Of a stretch of DNA of 64,000 bases, positions 27,496 through 36,144 are shown piece by piece (position 1 is the stretch's first letter; each line of letters opens with the position of its first letter). Made by a program: the position numbers and the translations under genes. The notes beneath the pieces are model-generated. The model worked only from the letters and a program-made list of their open reading frames with translations. It was not told where the DNA came from and ran no database searches. Source of the stretch: Capsulimonadaceae bacterium (GTDB lineage Bacteria; Armatimonadota; Armatimonadia; Armatimonadales; Capsulimonadaceae); NCBI GenBank assembly GCA_031292625.1, contig JARLGU010000058.1, positions 8,903 through 72,902 of the forward strand. Reading direction: 5' to 3'.

Positions 27496-29682
27496 TTGTT
27501 TCAACGGCTATCGGCTCGAATGCGCCTCGTGTTTCATACCGTTCTAGTGTGCATAATCGGCACTCACTGCGCCGTCGGAGGCGCAAACGTGCTGAGTTGG
27601 CGACCGCTGTGCGAGCCGGGTAACGGAGGATGGATTACCAGCATTTCCGTGAGCCCGTTCGACTCGAAGCGCGTACTCGCAGGCGGCGATATGCTTGGCG
27701 TCGCGTTCAGCGAAGATCAGGGCGAAAGCTGGAAACGAGCATCAGGTTTCAAGAGTTGGGAAATCGCCGACTTCACTTGGAATCCTTCCATTCCCAACGA
27801 CGTGTGGGTCGGCACGATGAGCGGCCCTTACGAAAGCGTGGACGGCGGGCGAACCTGGACGGAACGGCGGGCGGGCTTTCCGCAGATCAACGCTGGAGCG
27901 TATAGCGCCCCGATTCAAAAGATATTGTTCGATCCAAACGACCACCGGCATCTGCTCGCGTTTGGCGGATCGCACAGGATCTGGAACTCGCCTCCCGGGG
28001 CGCTTTGGGGAGCCGTGTGGGAAAGCCGTAATGGCGGTATATCGTGGTCTCGAATCTCGACCATCCCGTCGGCCGATTCGCCCGGCGGAAACATTGTAGC
28101 GGCTAGCTTCGCGGCAAAATCGTCGGCGATAGTGTACGTTGCCGTCGCTAAACTTGGCGTATTCGTTAGCGGGGATGGCGGAAGATCATGGACCGCCCGA
28201 AACCAGGGTTTGCCGCACACGGATGCCGGCGCTCTCGCCGCTAGCCCGGCTCACCCAAAAACACTTTGGGTAGCGCTCAACAGCTGTAAGCCAGCCGGTC
28301 AAGATGCCTGCATTCCCGGCGGTATCTACAAAAGTGTCGATGGAGGATTAACGTGGCGCCAAGCTCAAGGCCCAAGCAGCGTGGCGACGACGAACGTCAA
28401 CACGACGGCGCGCTACAAAGCGATCGCCGTCGCTCCCAGCGCTCCCAATATTCTGGTAACGGCCGACTATCGATGGGGGACGAAGGGGATTTACATAAGC
28501 GCTGACGGCGGACAAAGCTGGCGAGTCGCGGCTAACAAAAATGAAGTCGATACGCCGTGGACATCTGGACTGGGCATGACGACCGTCGCGTTCGATCCGC
28601 AAAACGCAAATGTCGCCTTCGCCGGAGGCGCTGAATCGATACTAAGAACGCTGGATGGCGGCAAGACGTGGACTGACGCGACGTCCATCCGAACCGGCGC
28701 CGGATGGCGGGGACGCGGATTTGAAGGATTCGTATGCGAGAGCGTCGCGTTCGACCAACATGATTCCCTGCACGTGGCTATCTCCGGATGTGATCACGGC
28801 AACTTCTGGCAAAGCTTCGACGGCATGCAATCTTGGATATGGGGCGGAAGCGGCATGCCGGATTGGGGAGGAAGCGCCAGTATCTCGTTTTCGGTTGAAG
28901 GCACGACCTACGTCGGTCTCGGGCAAGACGGGCGTTTCAATGGAATTGGACGGACATCTGACAACGGAAAAACATGGGAAATAGAGGCGGGTCCCCAATA
29001 CGGGTTGCCCGTCCCCGAGAAGGATACGAAATCGTCAGCAGTCGCCGTATACGCTATGCAGAACGACGCGAACACGGCTTGGGCAACGATTGGAGGTCAG
29101 CTTTACAAAACCGCAGACGGCAAAAACTGGAAAATCGTCTGCGAAGGACCGGGACTGAATTCGTTTGCGACCAGCCCGCGCGAGCCGCTCCAATTCTTCG
29201 TGTCGGGAACAGACGGCATATACGAAACCGATGACGGCCAGACGTTTTCGCTGATCGCTGGCAGTCCCCGCCACGTCACCCGCATCGCGGTGGACTCGCG
29301 AGGATGCGTCTATGCAACCACATGGCGCGCTCATCCCGAACCTGCTGGGCTGTGGCGACTAAAGAACGGGACATGGACCCTCGTAAGAAACGATCCCTAC
29401 ATATACAGCGTCGCCATCGATCCTTCGGATCCGGACAGAATCGCCGTGATCACCAACGACGATCCGTACCACGATCATAGCTTTGCGAGCGGCGTTTGGA
29501 TTTCTGAGGACGGGGGCGTAAACTGGTCACAGGAAAATGACGGTCTCGCCGTCGCTCGCGGACGCTGCGTTGCTTTTGACCCACACAATCCAGAAACTCT
29601 TATTGCCGGAACCGGCGGCGGCGGTTTCTACATCGCCCGCTGGCCGAGGAAGCAGAGGGCGATCACAATGCCAGACAAATAG
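27496..29682 (+). CDS. Secreted BNR/Asp-box repeat beta-propeller protein (GH74/sialidase-superfamily-like)
   Basis: At least nine S-x-D-x-G-x-(T/S)-W boxes (SEDQGESW, SVDGGRTW, SRNGGISW, SGDGGRSW, SVDGGLTW, SADGGQSW, TLDGGKTW, TSDNGKTW, SEDGGVNW). Start is TTG 27496 or ATG 27520. Confidence 0.7.
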   Translation: MFQRLSARMRLVFHTVLVCIIGTHCAVGGANVLSWRPLCEPGNGGWITSISVSPFDSKRVLAGGDMLGVAFSEDQGESWKRASGFKSWEIADFTWNPSIPNDVWVGTMSGPYESVDGGRTWTERRAGFPQINAGAYSAPIQKILFDPNDHRHLLAFGGSHRIWNSPPGALWGAVWESRNGGISWSRISTIPSADSPGGNIVAASFAAKSSAIVYVAVAKLGVFVSGDGGRSWTARNQGLPHTDAGALAASPAHPKTLWVALNSCKPAGQDACIPGGIYKSVDGGLTWRQAQGPSSVATTNVNTTARYKAIAVAPSAPNILVTADYRWGTKGIYISADGGQSWRVAANKNEVDTPWTSGLGMTTVAFDPQNANVAFAGGAESILRTLDGGKTWTDATSIRTGAGWRGRGFEGFVCESVAFDQHDSLHVAISGCDHGNFWQSFDGMQSWIWGGSGMPDWGGSASISFSVEGTTYVGLGQDGRFNGIGRTSDNGKTWEIEAGPQYGLPVPEKDTKSSAVAVYAMQNDANTAWATIGGQLYKTADGKNWKIVCEGPGLNSFATSPREPLQFFVSGTDGIYETDDGQTFSLIAGSPRHVTRIAVDSRGCVYATTWRAHPEPAGLWRLKNGTWTLVRNDPYIYSVAIDPSDPDRIAVITNDDPYHDHSFASGVWISEDGGVNWSQENDGLAVARGRCVAFDPHNPETLIAGTGGGGFYIARWPRKQRAITMPDK

Positions 29683-29697
29683 TCCCCCGCACGCCCG

Positions 29698-30477
29698 CTA
29701 CAGGCCCTGCCTGCGACGCCATTGGCCGGGGGAGAGACCGTGCACTTTGCGGAAGAGGCGGCAAAAGTAGTTCAGGTCGTCGTATCCCGCCTGCGCGGCG
29801 CACTCCGCGAGCGTCGCGTATGGGTTGCGCAGCGTGCGACTGGCGATCTCCATGCGCAGCTTCTGCTGGTAGTGCGCGGGCCCCATTCCGAGATGCTGGC
29901 GGAACAGCGTCGAGAGGTGACGGCAGCTCACGTCAGACAGCGCCGCGAGCGCCTCGTTTGATATGGGATCGACCGGATGCTCGTGCAGATGCCGCAGTGC
30001 CCGAACAAGCGCTGGGTGACGCTCGCTCTCGACGGCCGAACGGCGAAGCGCCTGGCGAGCCGCGCCGAGGATGGCGCTGAGCAACCCGCGACAGACGCCA
30101 TCGCCTTCGGTCTGCTCCTCGGGCGGGGCGTGAAGACGGCTGTCCCACTCAAGCAGGTCCTCAATCCACCGGCGCATCTGATAATCGCCGCGCAAGTCTA
30201 CCAGGCGCGGCGAACTACCGGAGACGCAATCCGGATCGTCGTAGTGAATGCAGGTCGTCCGCCACTCGCACGCCGCCGTTTGATCATGCGGGACATTGGG
30301 CGGAATAATGTGCAGCATCCCCGGACTGCTGTCGAACACAATTCCGCCCGCGACCGTCCGAAGGCGCCCGTTGACCACGTAGATGATCTCGGAGCAGGCA
30401 TGAGTATGCATCCCGACCTGGAATACCCCCTCGTGAACGTGTGCGCCATGAAATCGCAGCAACGGATGCATTGTCAC
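29698..30477 (-). CDS. AraC family transcriptional regulator (cupin + HTH)
   Basis: N-terminal cupin-like region (HTHACSEIIYVVNG) and C-terminal AraC HTH (LRNPYATLAECAAQAGYDDLNYFCRLFRKVHGLSPGQWR). Confidence 0.85.
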   Translation of the reverse strand: MTMHPLLRFHGAHVHEGVFQVGMHTHACSEIIYVVNGRLRTVAGGIVFDSSPGMLHIIPPNVPHDQTAACEWRTTCIHYDDPDCVSGSSPRLVDLRGDYQMRRWIEDLLEWDSRLHAPPEEQTEGDGVCRGLLSAILGAARQALRRSAVESERHPALVRALRHLHEHPVDPISNEALAALSDVSCRHLSTLFRQHLGMGPAHYQQKLRMEIASRTLRNPYATLAECAAQAGYDDLNYFCRLFRKVHGLSPGQWRRRQGL

Positions 30478-30502
30478 TCCGGCTTTCCATGATACCGGCG
30501 CA

Positions 30503-31414
30503 TCAGCTCTTTAGGATGCTGCCGAAGAAGAACTCGATCGCGCGATTCCTGTCTACGCCGCATGCCACCCGGTGCGGTCCGGATGGGTCCGCGTGAAACG
30601 TCGTAAATCCGTATGTAGCGTCTCCTTGCAACTCGACCTTGATTCGCCCTTGACGCCAACGCAAAATGTCCGGTTCGATTAGCGCGACGATCGTCAGCGG
30701 ATCGTAGAGCGACGGCATCTGCTCGCTGCGACCACCCTGCCAGAGCTTGATCGCGTGCGAAAGATTTTTCGCGAGAGGCTGAGGTCCAGCCGCAAGGCGG
30801 GCAATGTCCGCTGGCGTAAACTGTACAAGATGCCCCATTTCCCATGTGATCACGTCCATCGGAATGCCGCTATTGAACACAATCGCGGCCGCCTCGGGAT
30901 CGCAGCGTATGTTCCACTCCGCCATATAGATCGCAGGCTCGGCGGCCATCGTGACGATTTTCGGGATCTTAGCGATGATCCGCGGCTCCTTCACCAGCGC
31001 CATTGCGATGTTGGTCATCGCGCCGATCGGCACGGGAATGATGTCGCCGTTTCCGGCGAGAATTGTCTCGATCAAGAAATCGACGCCATGACGAGGATCA
31101 GGACGCGGAAGCGACGCTTCCGGCAAACAGGATGCGTCCTGATTGGGGAGCACATCCTTGAGGTAGTCGTGCCAGTTATGCAGCGGCCGCGAAGCGAGGC
31201 TCGCCCCGCAACCGGCCGCCACCGGCGTCGAGGCATACGCTCCCCCGGCCGTCGCAAGCACGGTGCGCGCCTGACGCGAACGCGCGTGGACGTTGCCGAA
31301 CACGGTCGTAACCCCAATAAGATCGAGTTCCGGCCTCGAACAAATCAGGCCGAGCGCAAGCGCGTCGTCAATGTCGTCGCCAATATCGGTATCGAGAATA
31401 ATTCGTTGTTTCAT
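30503..31414 (-). CDS. Nucleoside hydrolase (inosine/uridine-preferring family)
   Basis: MKQRIILDTDIGDDIDDALALGL is the DxDxxxDD signature. Confidence 0.85.
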   Translation of the reverse strand: MKQRIILDTDIGDDIDDALALGLICSRPELDLIGVTTVFGNVHARSRQARTVLATAGGAYASTPVAAGCGASLASRPLHNWHDYLKDVLPNQDASCLPEASLPRPDPRHGVDFLIETILAGNGDIIPVPIGAMTNIAMALVKEPRIIAKIPKIVTMAAEPAIYMAEWNIRCDPEAAAIVFNSGIPMDVITWEMGHLVQFTPADIARLAAGPQPLAKNLSHAIKLWQGGRSEQMPSLYDPLTIVALIEPDILRWRQGRIKVELQGDATYGFTTFHADPSGPHRVACGVDRNRAIEFFFGSILKS

Positions 31415-31544
31415 GCCTTATTGTGGCCCCGCGATGAGCATTCGGCAAGAGATACTATAGATCATTTATAGCACAATACGGCTATCGAGAAAATACTGGG
31501 ACGTCACGGACAGTTCTCGGCGAGAGATTTCCTTCGATCCGCGA

Positions 31545-31596
31545 TTGACAAGCGCGACGAAAGGTGATACCATACCTGTACACCATACTGTATACA
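31545..31596 (+). promoter_or_regulatory. Promoter TTGACA-17-TACCAT followed by tandem TGTACA / TGTATACA palindromes (candidate operator)
   Basis: TTGACA 31545-31550, TACCAT 31568-31573, TGTACA 31577-31582, TGTATACA 31589-31596. The same TGTACA core occurs at the cassette B promoter. Confidence 0.4.
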
Positions 31597-31605
31597 TCAA
31601 GAACA

Positions 31606-32808
31606 ATGCCAAGATCCAAGTCGACAACCGATCCGCTGCCAGTTTACAAGCGCATTGAAAACGATATACGCGTCAAAATACGGCGCGGAACCTGGTCGGC
31701 GGGAGCTCTTCTGCCGAGCCGGAACACGCTGGCATCGGATTATAATGTATCTGTTGGAACCGTCGAGCGCGCCATCTCAAAGTTGCTGGCCGAGGGGACA
31801 CTGCAGGCGACGGATCGCTCGGGGACGTTCGTCAGCCTGAGCGCCAACCTCGAGACTTCTTCGTCAGCCGGTCAGGCAGCGCCGAAGCCCCGCAAAGAGG
31901 TGCTTGGCATCGCCATTGCGTTCCAAGAGGCAACGTTCGGCGTCTCGGACAGCCTGTTCCTATGGTCGCGCACGATCACGACATCGCTCGAACGCACCTT
32001 CGTGGCGCGCGGCGGCGGCGTCCGCGTCTGCAATGCGTATCACCCTGAAGGCTTATCCCGGAACGCCCTTCGCGAGACAATCGACCAGTTGATCGCCGAG
32101 GGCGCGACGGCAATTGTCGTGGAAAACATCCACGATGGCTTCGGAGAGCGGTCGATATCAGACCTGGACGCACTCGTAAAGGATGGCAGCGTCCCTATTG
32201 TATGCACCGTGCCGCGCGAGTTCCACGGCAGCGTCCCTCAGGTGTACTGCAACCTCGCGCAGACCGGGTTTCTCGCGGTTGAGCATCTCATGAGCCTGGG
32301 CGAGCAGCACGTAACCGTGATCGCTCCGGACAATCGCGACTGGATCGAAGAGCGCATCGCGGGAGCCCGGCGAGCAATCCAGTACTTGGAACTGCCGCAT
32401 TCCGCGCTCGATGTCGTCAACGCCGGCGCCCATTTAACGCTGCAAGGGGCGGTCGGCGCGCACTTTACCGATATCGCATACGATTTGACAAAGCAAATGA
32501 TTGCGGACGGTCGACTGACGAACGGCATCTTCGCGGTAAACGACGCCGTCGCGTACGGAGTGCTGAAGGCCGCGAAGGAAGCCGGGCTGCAAGCAGGCCG
32601 GGATTTTAGCCTGGTGGGCGTGGACGACGCGCCTTTGTCCCAAGTGCATGGGTTGACCAGCTTCCGGCCGCCCATGGAGGACGTTGCGGCGGAAACAATG
32701 CACCTGCTTGAGCGAGTGAAACAGAACGCGAAATCGGATTTGCGCGTCAATTTGAGACCGCAGCTTCTCGTCAGGGCATCTTCAAGGCGCCTCGATAGCA
32801 AGGAATAG
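31606..32808 (+). CDS. AraR-like chimeric GntR-HTH / LacI-type sugar-binding regulator (cassette C)
   Basis: MPRSKSTTDPLPVYKRIENDIRVKIRRGTWSAGALLPSRNTLASDYNVSVGTVERAISKLLAEGTL plus a periplasmic-binding fold. ATG 31606 is preferred because the track start 31564 lies at or before the predicted -10 box. Confidence 0.8.
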   Translation: MPRSKSTTDPLPVYKRIENDIRVKIRRGTWSAGALLPSRNTLASDYNVSVGTVERAISKLLAEGTLQATDRSGTFVSLSANLETSSSAGQAAPKPRKEVLGIAIAFQEATFGVSDSLFLWSRTITTSLERTFVARGGGVRVCNAYHPEGLSRNALRETIDQLIAEGATAIVVENIHDGFGERSISDLDALVKDGSVPIVCTVPREFHGSVPQVYCNLAQTGFLAVEHLMSLGEQHVTVIAPDNRDWIEERIAGARRAIQYLELPHSALDVVNAGAHLTLQGAVGAHFTDIAYDLTKQMIADGRLTNGIFAVNDAVAYGVLKAAKEAGLQAGRDFSLVGVDDAPLSQVHGLTSFRPPMEDVAAETMHLLERVKQNAKSDLRVNLRPQLLVRASSRRLDSKE

Positions 32809-32850
32809 ATTTGCGCCTCAAGGTAGCCTGTAAAGGATAAGGACAAGATC

Positions 32851-33672
32851 ATGAAAATACATCGAAACGCCGGGCTATTCGCAGCATTCACGTTAATCGA
32901 ATTACTAGTTGTTATCGCTATTATAGCGATTCTCGCGGCTATCCTATTCCCCGTGTTCTCCACGGCGAGGGAGAAAGCCAGGCAGACCAGTTGTTTGAGC
33001 AACCTCAAGCAGATTGGACTTGGATACGTCCAATACACGCAGGACTACGACGAGATGTCGCCCTATACTTGTTATACGGGTTCCATTTCGACCACATGCG
33101 GAGGATCCAACGACGGCGGCGGCACATCGCTCGGCTTCGACTTGAATCCCTATATCAAGGCGGCCAACGTTTGGCGCTGTCCGAGCGACACGGTCCATTC
33201 CGCGCCTGTCAGCGCGATCGCATCGACATCACAGGGCGGCCTCGGGTACGGCGGGTTTGCAAACCCGAGCTACGCATACAATATGTACTTCATGGAGCAG
33301 ATCGGCGTCGGGACATCGACGGATGCGACGCCAAAGCCGCTGCAGATGTCCCAATTGCAAACTCCCGCCAACGACGCGGTAATCATGGGTTCGTGGGGCA
33401 CGCCCGGCAGTCTGAATTATTCGTGGCTGTTGGACGGAGCATTTCAGTTCGACACGCGAACGGAAGGCTGCACCGGCTATATCCCAAACGACTTCGACTA
33501 CCGAACCTATATCACGCAACCCCTCATGACGGGGCACAACAACGGAGGAAACGCCGCTTACGCTGACGGCCACGCGAAGTGGTACTCTACCGGCTATCTT
33601 GTCGCACAGACCGCGAAGGAAGTGCCTCCGACGGCAACCGCGCAGGTTCGGCCCAATATGATTCACGAATAG
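32851..33672 (+). CDS. Prepilin-type H-X9-DG (DUF1559-like) protein (cassette C)
   Basis: ..[87 protein letters not shown]. Confidence 0.85.
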   Translation: MKIHRNAGLFAAFTLIELLVVIAIIAILAAILFPVFSTAREKARQTSCLSNLKQIGLGYVQYTQDYDEMSPYTCYTGSISTTCGGSNDGGGTSLGFDLNPYIKAANVWRCPSDTVHSAPVSAIASTSQGGLGYGGFANPSYAYNMYFMEQIGVGTSTDATPKPLQMSQLQTPANDAVIMGSWGTPGSLNYSWLLDGAFQFDTRTEGCTGYIPNDFDYRTYITQPLMTGHNNGGNAAYADGHAKWYSTGYLVAQTAKEVPPTATAQVRPNMIHE

Positions 33673-33879
33673 TGGGCCCTTGCGGTCGCAGCCGCACAAC
33701 GGTACGCGAGCCGCCACGCCTCCGTCGTCACAAGCGTAAAGACTGTCGTTACCGCCCTGGCTTTCGCATCGTCCGCCAATCCATGCCCGTGGATACGTCC
33801 GCGGACGATGCGTCCGGCTACAAGCTCCCGCCCCTCCCTTGTTCCAATAGATCTTCGTGACAAGATCTTAGCGACCCTA

Positions 33880-33929
33880 TTGACAATCTTATTCCCTCGT
33901 GTTAGAATATCGTCAGAGTAACCGGTTTC
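33880..33929 (+). promoter_or_regulatory. Promoter TTGACA-17-TAGAAT plus AACCGGTT-centred palindrome (candidate LacI operator)
   Basis: TTGACA 33880-33885, TAGAAT 33903-33908. GTAACCGGTTTC 33918-33929 contains the perfect 8-bp palindrome AACCGGTT, just upstream of ATG 33937. Confidence 0.45.
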
Positions 33930-33936
33930 CCTAACC

Positions 33937-34977
33937 ATGACAACGATCACTGACATCGCTAAAGCCTGCGGAACATCGAAGGCGACGGTATCCAAGATCA
34001 TGAACGGCAACGATCTCAAGATCAGCGCCGGGACTCGCAAGCGGGTCATGGAGGCGGTTCGACGTCTGGACTATCAGCCAAGCGCAATGGCGCGCGGATT
34101 ATCGATGAAGCGGGCCAACACGATTGGCATCGTGACGCCCAATGTATGGCACATCTTGAGTTTGACATACTACGCCACCCTGATCGGCGCAATTCTCGAC
34201 GAAGCCCGCAACAACGAGCAAACCGTGAGCGTATTCAACTCGAAAGTTTGGGCCAAGGACGCGCCCGATCACCTCGTATTCGCGGATGGACGATGCGACG
34301 GATTGGTTCTCGTTGGCGTCTGGGATGAGCGCTTGATGCCTGCCTTGCAGAAGGCTCGCATCCCCTTTGTCCTCCTTAACGGCGGCGCGGGCCCGGAAGG
34401 CGCTTACTCCATCGATATCGACAACTTCGATACGGCGGCTGAAATCACGCGTTACCTGATCGCACAGGGCCACAAGCGGATCGCCTATTTCGATTGCGGC
34501 GAGGCGAGGGATTTTGCGCACCGGCGATTTGCCGGCTATCGCAGCGCACTGGCGGAAGCGGGAATTCGTTACGAGCCAATGCTTGTCTTTGACGGTCCCC
34601 CACTCTACGAATCGGCCTACGATCGCGGACGGCAGGTCGCTTCACGCACCGGCCTGGGCATCACGGCGCTGTTTTGCGCGAGCGATCTCATCGCCCTCGC
34701 GGCGATGCGCGGTCTACAGGATTCCGGGTTGCGCGTCCCCGACGATGTTTCCGTTGTCGGCATCAACGGCATCATCGACGGCGATCGCTCATCGCCGCGC
34801 TTGACGACCGTAACTCAATCGCTCGACACGCTTGGCGCGGAGGCCGTGCGGCTACTGCTCGACGTCATCGAAGGCCGGGACGCCGCGCCAAGGCACGTCG
34901 TATGGCCGACAATGTTGATTGAGCGGGATTCCGTGGCGGCTCCGGCCGGCGCATCGATCGAATTAGCCTGCAAGTAG
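33937..34977 (+). CDS. LacI family transcriptional regulator (cassette D)
   Basis: MTTITDIAKACGTSKATVSKIMNG. A clear paralogue of the 17477-18487 product (same domain order and many shared blocks). Confidence 0.9.
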   Translation: MTTITDIAKACGTSKATVSKIMNGNDLKISAGTRKRVMEAVRRLDYQPSAMARGLSMKRANTIGIVTPNVWHILSLTYYATLIGAILDEARNNEQTVSVFNSKVWAKDAPDHLVFADGRCDGLVLVGVWDERLMPALQKARIPFVLLNGGAGPEGAYSIDIDNFDTAAEITRYLIAQGHKRIAYFDCGEARDFAHRRFAGYRSALAEAGIRYEPMLVFDGPPLYESAYDRGRQVASRTGLGITALFCASDLIALAAMRGLQDSGLRVPDDVSVVGINGIIDGDRSSPRLTTVTQSLDTLGAEAVRLLLDVIEGRDAAPRHVVWPTMLIERDSVAAPAGASIELACK

Positions 34978-35007
34978 CAGACAGTCTCAGAGGCAAAGGA
35001 AACTCAT

Positions 35008-35889
35008 ATGAGAAACTGCAAGGGATTTACGCTTATCGAACTACTCGTTGTGATCGCTATCATTGCCATCCTGGCCGCGATTCTATTCCCGGTGTTTGCC
35101 GCAGCGCGGGAAAAGGCGCGCGGCGCGGCATGTCTATCGAACCTCAAACAGCTGGGGTTGGCGTATTCGCAGTATGAGCAAGACTATGACGAGACGGTTC
35201 CTTCCGGCACGAACCCCTACGGAGGGGGGAACGGCTGGGCGGGACAGGTCTATCCCTACGTCAAGAGCCTCAATGTCTTTCTGTGTCCGGATGACACGAC
35301 GCAAGACGACGTAATCTCATACGCGACCAACGCCAACATGGTCGGCTACACGGCGGCGATTACGCCGATCCCGGCTACGATTGCAGTCCTGACGAGCCCA
35401 TCGTTAACGGTACAGCTATTAGAAGTGGTGAACTGTTCCGGTTTTATCGTTTCCACGAGCGATGTCCAGCACTCGCCCTGCGCGCTAGGGATCTCCATAT
35501 TGAGTTCAAACACGCTCAACGGCGGAAACTCAGGGAACGGGACAACAACGTTGACGTCGCTCAAATATGCGACCGGCTTGTTTGCCAATGCTTATGCCGT
35601 TGGAGATACACAAGACCCAAATCCAGCCGATATCACCGGAACGAATTCCTACTTCACGTCGCCGGATGGCCGCCACCAAACGGGGTCAAACTTTTTGATG
35701 GCTGACAACCATGCCAAGTGGCTCAAGGCAGCTACCGTCGGAGCTGGCAGGGACAAAGTCATCAATGGGGTTAATTATCCCGCATCTTGTCCGCCCAGCC
35801 GCCTGAATGGCATCGCGCCGACGACGACCTGTATGCAAAGCACCACGGGCGCTGCATTCCAGTACAGCGCGACATTCGCGCTGCATTAG
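35008..35889 (+). CDS. Prepilin-type H-X9-DG (DUF1559-like) protein (cassette D)
   Basis: [93 protein letters not shown]. Confidence 0.85.
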   Translation: MRNCKGFTLIELLVVIAIIAILAAILFPVFAAAREKARGAACLSNLKQLGLAYSQYEQDYDETVPSGTNPYGGGNGWAGQVYPYVKSLNVFLCPDDTTQDDVISYATNANMVGYTAAITPIPATIAVLTSPSLTVQLLEVVNCSGFIVSTSDVQHSPCALGISILSSNTLNGGNSGNGTTTLTSLKYATGLFANAYAVGDTQDPNPADITGTNSYFTSPDGRHQTGSNFLMADNHAKWLKAATVGAGRDKVINGVNYPASCPPSRLNGIAPTTTCMQSTTGAAFQYSATFALH

Positions 35890-36144
35890 GCTTTGCCGCG
35901 ATGACGGAAGCGCTAATCCAAACGCGACGGCGAGTGACATTGCGGCGCAGTTCCCGGACCATCCGATAGCGACCATCGCACAGGCGTACCAGGATATTCA
36001 TGGGGCGACGCAGCCAGTAAGTGCCAGCGTGAACGCGGAGGAACCTAGCCCTATTCCAGAAGGTCCGGCGCCGCAGTATGGAACCCTACGGCAGCGCACG
36101 AGATAAACGCGCAGCCTCCGCAGACAACGCCATCGCCAACTGAA

